NCBI RefSeq assembly: GCF_028641065.1
Contig: NW_026576865.1
Coordinates: 1 to 64,000 of the forward strand
Direction of reading: 5' to 3'
From: Leucoraja erinacea
Taxonomy: Eukaryota
Length of the DNA stretch: 64,000 bases
Shown: positions 60,158-64,000 of the stretch, in pieces
Layout of the letters: each line of letters starts with the position of its first letter
Position numbering within the stretch: the stretch's first letter is position 1
The notes under the pieces: model-generated
The model's input: only the letters and a program-made list of their open reading frames with translations
Told to the model about the DNA's origin: nothing
Database searches by the model: none
Made by a program: the position numbers and the translations under genes

Positions 60158-61815
60158 CAGGGGGGGGAGAGGGAAAGGGGGGGGAGAGAGGGAAGGGGGG
60201 GACAGAGGGAAGGGGGAGAGAGAGAGGAGAAGGGGGGGACAGAGGGAGGGGGGGGAGAGAGAGAGGGAAGGGGGGGAGAGAGGGGAAGGGGGGGGGAGAG
60301 AGGGAAGGGGGGGAAGAGAGGGGAAGGGGGGAGAGAGGGAGGGGGGGGGGGAGAGGGAGGGAATGGGGGGGGGAGAGGACAAGAGGGGGATAGGTTGTAG
60401 GGGGGAGAGAGGGAAGGGGGAGAGAGGGAGAAGGGGGGGGGAGAGAGAGGGAAGGGGGAGAGAGAGAGGGAAGGGGGAGAGAGAGGGAAGGGGGGGAGAG
60501 AGAGGGAAGGGGGGGGAGAGAGGGAAGGGGGGAGAGAGGGAAGGGGGGGGAGGAGAGGGGGAGGGGAGGGACGGAGGGAAGGGGGGGGAGGGAGAGGGGG
60601 GAGAGAGGGGAGAGCGGGGGGGAGAGGGGGGGGAGAGGGAAGGGGGGGGGAGAGGGAAGGGGGGAGAGAGGGAAGGGAAGGGGGGAGAGGGAAGGGGAGA
60701 GAGGGGGAAGGGGGAGAGAGGGAGGGGGGGAGGAGAGGGAAGGGAGAAGAGGGAGGGAGAGGGAGAGAGGGAAGGGGGGAGAGAGGGAAAGGGGGGGGGG
60801 GAGAGAGGGAAGGGGGGGGAGAGGGAAGGGGGGAGAGGGAGAGGGAAGGGGGGAGAGGGAAGGGAAGGGGGGGAGAGGGGGAGAGAAGGGAGAGGGAGGG
60901 AGAGGGANNNNNNNNNNNNNNNNNNNNNNNNNNNNNNNNNNNNNNNNNNNNNNNNNNNNNNNNNNNNNNNNNNNNNNNNNNNNNNNNNNNNNNNNNNNNN
61001 NNNNNNNNNNNNNNNNNNNNNNNNNNNNNNNNNNNNNNNNNNNNNNNNNNNNNNNNNNNNNNNNNNNNNNNNNNNNNNNNNNNNNNNNNNNNNNNGGGGA
61101 GGGGAAAGAGAGGGAGGGGGGGGAGAGAGGGAAGGGAGGGAGAGAGGGAAGGGGGGGAGGAGGGAAGGGGGGAGAGAGGGAAGGGGGGAGGGGAGAGGGA
61201 GGAGGGGGGGGAGAGAGGGGAGAGAGGGGGGGGGGAGGAGGAAGGGGGGAGGGGGGGAAGGGGGGAGAGGGGAAGGGAGGGAGGGGAGGGGGGAGAGGGA
61301 AGGGGGGGGAGAGGGAAGGGGGGGGAGAGGGAAGGGGGGGGGGGGGGAGAGGGAAGGGGGGGAGAGAGGGAAGGGGGGGAGAGAGGGAAGGGGGGGAGAG
61401 AGGGAAGGGGGGGAGAGAGGGAAGGGGGGGAGAGAGGGAAGGGGGGAGAGATAGAGGGGGAGAGAGATAGCGAGAGAGAGNNNNNNNNNNNNNNNNNNNN
61501 NNNNNNNNNNNNNNNNNNNNNNNNNNNNNNNNNNNNNNNNNNNNNNNNNNNNNNNNNNNNNNNNNNNNNNNNNNNNNNNNNNNNNNNNNNNNNNNNNNNN
61601 NNNNNNNNNNNNNNNNNNNNNAGAGGAAGGAGGGGGAGAGGGAAGGGGGGAGAGAGGGAAGGGGGGAGAGAGGGGGGAGGGAGGGAGAGGGGGGGGGGGG
61701 AGGGGGAGGGGGGGGGAGGGGGTCGGGGGGGGGGAGGGGAGGGGGGGGGAAAGAGAAGGGGGGGGAGGAGAGGGGAAGGGGGGGAGAGAGGGAAGGGGAG
61801 GGGAGGGGGAGAGAG
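60158..61815. repeat. GA-rich low-complexity repeat (gagagggaaggggg) in a SART1 intron
   Basis: Near-pure purine tract with two gaps. It is the source of the poly-Pro ORFs. Confidence 0.9.
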
Positions 61816-62004
61816 CACAAATGCTGGTTAGAGGGGGCAGTTGCTTGGAGCTCTATCCAATACTCCCCCCCCTTCCATCCCTCACAAGGGGCAGCAGGAA
61901 CGACCAACCCTTCTCCTCGAGGCTCGGATGAGGAGGAGAGGCAGTGAATCCAATCCAGGGACACTTGGACCGTGTTGCCCCATTGGCAATGAATCCTTGC
62001 TCAT

Positions 62005-64000
62005 CTACTTTCGAAAGGTACGTCCTTTAATTCCGAGGCTATGCCCTCTGGTCCTAGACTCTCCCACTAGTGGGAAACATCCGCTCTGCATACACTCTAT
62101 CCAGATGAGGTCACTGTACTCGTTGGAGTTTAGAAGGACGGGGAGGGGGGACCTCATTGAAACTTGCCGAACAGTGAAAGGGCTGTATAGAGTGGATGTG
62201 GAGAGGATGTTTCCACTAGTGGGAGAGTCTAGGACCAGAGGTCACAGCCTCAGAATTAAAGGACGTTCCTTTAGGAAGGAGATGAGGAGGAATTTCTTTA
62301 GTCAGAGGATGGTGAATCTGTGGAATTCTTTGATGGAGGCCACAAGCCAGTGGATAGATTTAAGACAGAGATCGACAGATTCTTGATTAGTGCGGGTGTC
62401 AGGGGTTGTGGGGAGAAGGCAGGAGAATGGGGTTGAGAGGGAAAGATAGATCAGCCATGATTGAATGGTGGGATAGGCTCGATGGGCCGAATGGCCCAAT
62501 TCTGCGTCCGTTTGTTGCCACTGAGGGAGTGCAGCGCAGATTCGCAAGGTTAATTCCTGGGACGGCGGGACTGACATATATGATGAAAGAATGGATCGAC
62601 TGGGCTTGAATTTACTGGAATTTAGAAGGTTGAGAGGATATCTTAAGGGATTGGACAGGCTAGGTGCAGGAAAAATGCAGAGCCAGGGGTCACATTTTAA
62701 GAATAAGGTGTAGATGAGGAAAAACATTTCCACCCAGAGAGTTGTGTGAATCTGTGGGATTCTCTGCCACACAGAGGGCAGTGGAGGCCAATTCACTGGA
62801 TGTTTTCAAGAGAGAGTTAGATTTAGCTCTTAGGGCTGACGGAACCAAGGGCTATGGGGGAGAAGGCAGGAACGGGGTACTGATTGTGGATGATCGGCCG
62901 TGATCATATTGAATGGTGGTGCAGGCTCGAAGGGTCAAATGGCCTCTACTCCTGCACCTATTGTCTATTACTAGCATTGCTTCCGGCTCGATGGGCCAAA
63001 TGGCCTGGTTCTGCTCCTGGGCCCATGCACACGGACAGATACTCACGTGCTCCTCCTCCAGCTTCTTCATCCGCTTCTCCGTCTTCATCTTTCCCGAGCC
63101 TTTCCCGTGGAATCGGTGGGACAGTTGTCGGAAGGCCTGTGACAGAGAGGGGGGGGGGGTTAGTTGAGGTAGGAATGAGCTGTGGATGCCAGTCTGCAGC
63201 GCCTTCTCTCCAGAGATGCTGCCTGTCCCGCTGAGTTACTCCGGCATTTTGTGTCTATCTTCCATTTAAACGAGCACCTGCAGTTCTTTCTTACACAGGT
63301 TTGGAGGGATTTGGATTTGGGCCAAAGCGCAGGCAGGTGGGACTGGTGTAGTTGGGGCAAGTTTTGGTCTGAAGTGGACCTGCCACAGTGGGGGCAGGCC
63401 GAGGGACATTTGTGCCACAGAGGGAGTACAGAGAAGGTTCACCAGACTGATTCCTGGGAATGGCAGGACTTCATATGAAGAAAGACTGGATAGACTCAGC
63501 TTGTACTCGCTGGAATTTAGAAGATTGAGGGGGGGGATCTTATAGAAACTTACAAAATTCTTAAGGGGTTGGACAGGCTGGATGCAGGAAGATTGTTCCC
63601 GATAGTCCCAGCCTCAACTACCTCCTCTGGCAGCTCGTTCCATACACCCAGCTGTATGAAGAAGTTACCCTTCGGATTCCTATTAAATCTTTCCCCCTTC
63701 AGCTTCTAAAGAGATGGTTCACCAGACTGTTTCCTGGGATGGCAGGACTTTCATATGAAGAAAGACTGGATAGACTCGGCTTATACTCGCTAGAATTTAG
63801 AAGATTGGGGGGGGGATCTTATAGAAACTTACAAAATTCTTAAGGGGTTGGACAGGCTAGATGCAGGAAGATTGTTCCCGATGTTGGGGAAGTCCAGGAC
63901 AAGGGGCCACACAGTTTAAGGATAAGGGGGAAATCTTTTAGGACCGAGATGAGAATTTTTTTTCACACACAGAAGAGTGGTGAAATATGTGGAACTCTCG
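62005..64000 (+). mobile_element. Multiple CR1 fragments flanking the SART1 exon
   Basis: LYSLEFRR...GDLIETY...GLDRLDAG repeated at 62110, 62520, 63410 and 63715. Confidence 0.8.
63047..63136 (-). CDS. SART1: SART1 internal coding exon
   Basis: AFRQLSHRFHGKGSGKMKTEKRMKKLEEEH with CACAG/GTGAGT junctions. The gene continues beyond the window. Confidence 0.95.

Noticed and set aside
59944-61964. 600-aa Pro/Ser/Leu-rich ORFs
   Set aside because: Low-complexity purine tract plus N-gaps; only 60020-60141 is a real SART1 exon.

Overview
Eukaryotic vertebrate DNA, most likely an elasmobranch (shark, ray or skate). This is inferred from HE1-like V-SINEs, dense CR1/HER1-type LINE fragments and GC-rich, microchromosome-like composition. 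The window has nine N-gaps, and the first ~8 kb looks error-prone. By reading splice junctions I can reconstruct six spliced genes from the neighbourhood that maps to human 11q13.1: the 3' part of DRAP1 (+), a complete 3-exon type-2 cystatin (+, 135 aa), a divergent BANF1-like paralog with a probable N-terminal extension (-, ~112 aa), canonical BANF1 (-, 89 aa), EIF1AD (+, 183 aa) and the last three coding exons of SART1 (-). Introns and intergenic DNA are filled with CR1, Rex/Babar and L2 LINE pieces, V-SINEs, Penelope-like elements (a GIY-YIG fragment plus many short terminal-repeat insertions carrying a hammerhead-like core), Helitron ends, a foldback element and several minisatellites. The most notable observations are the tandem BAF paralog with substitutions at known interface residues, Penelope-derived palindromes that repeatedly generate the same 34-bp array, an amplified ETS/Sp1 promoter array before the cystatin, and a triplication whose junctions are each occupied by a foldback transposon. 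Most ORFs in the supplied track are low-complexity or repeat artefacts. Gene identities rest on my recall of the human proteins, not on a database search.
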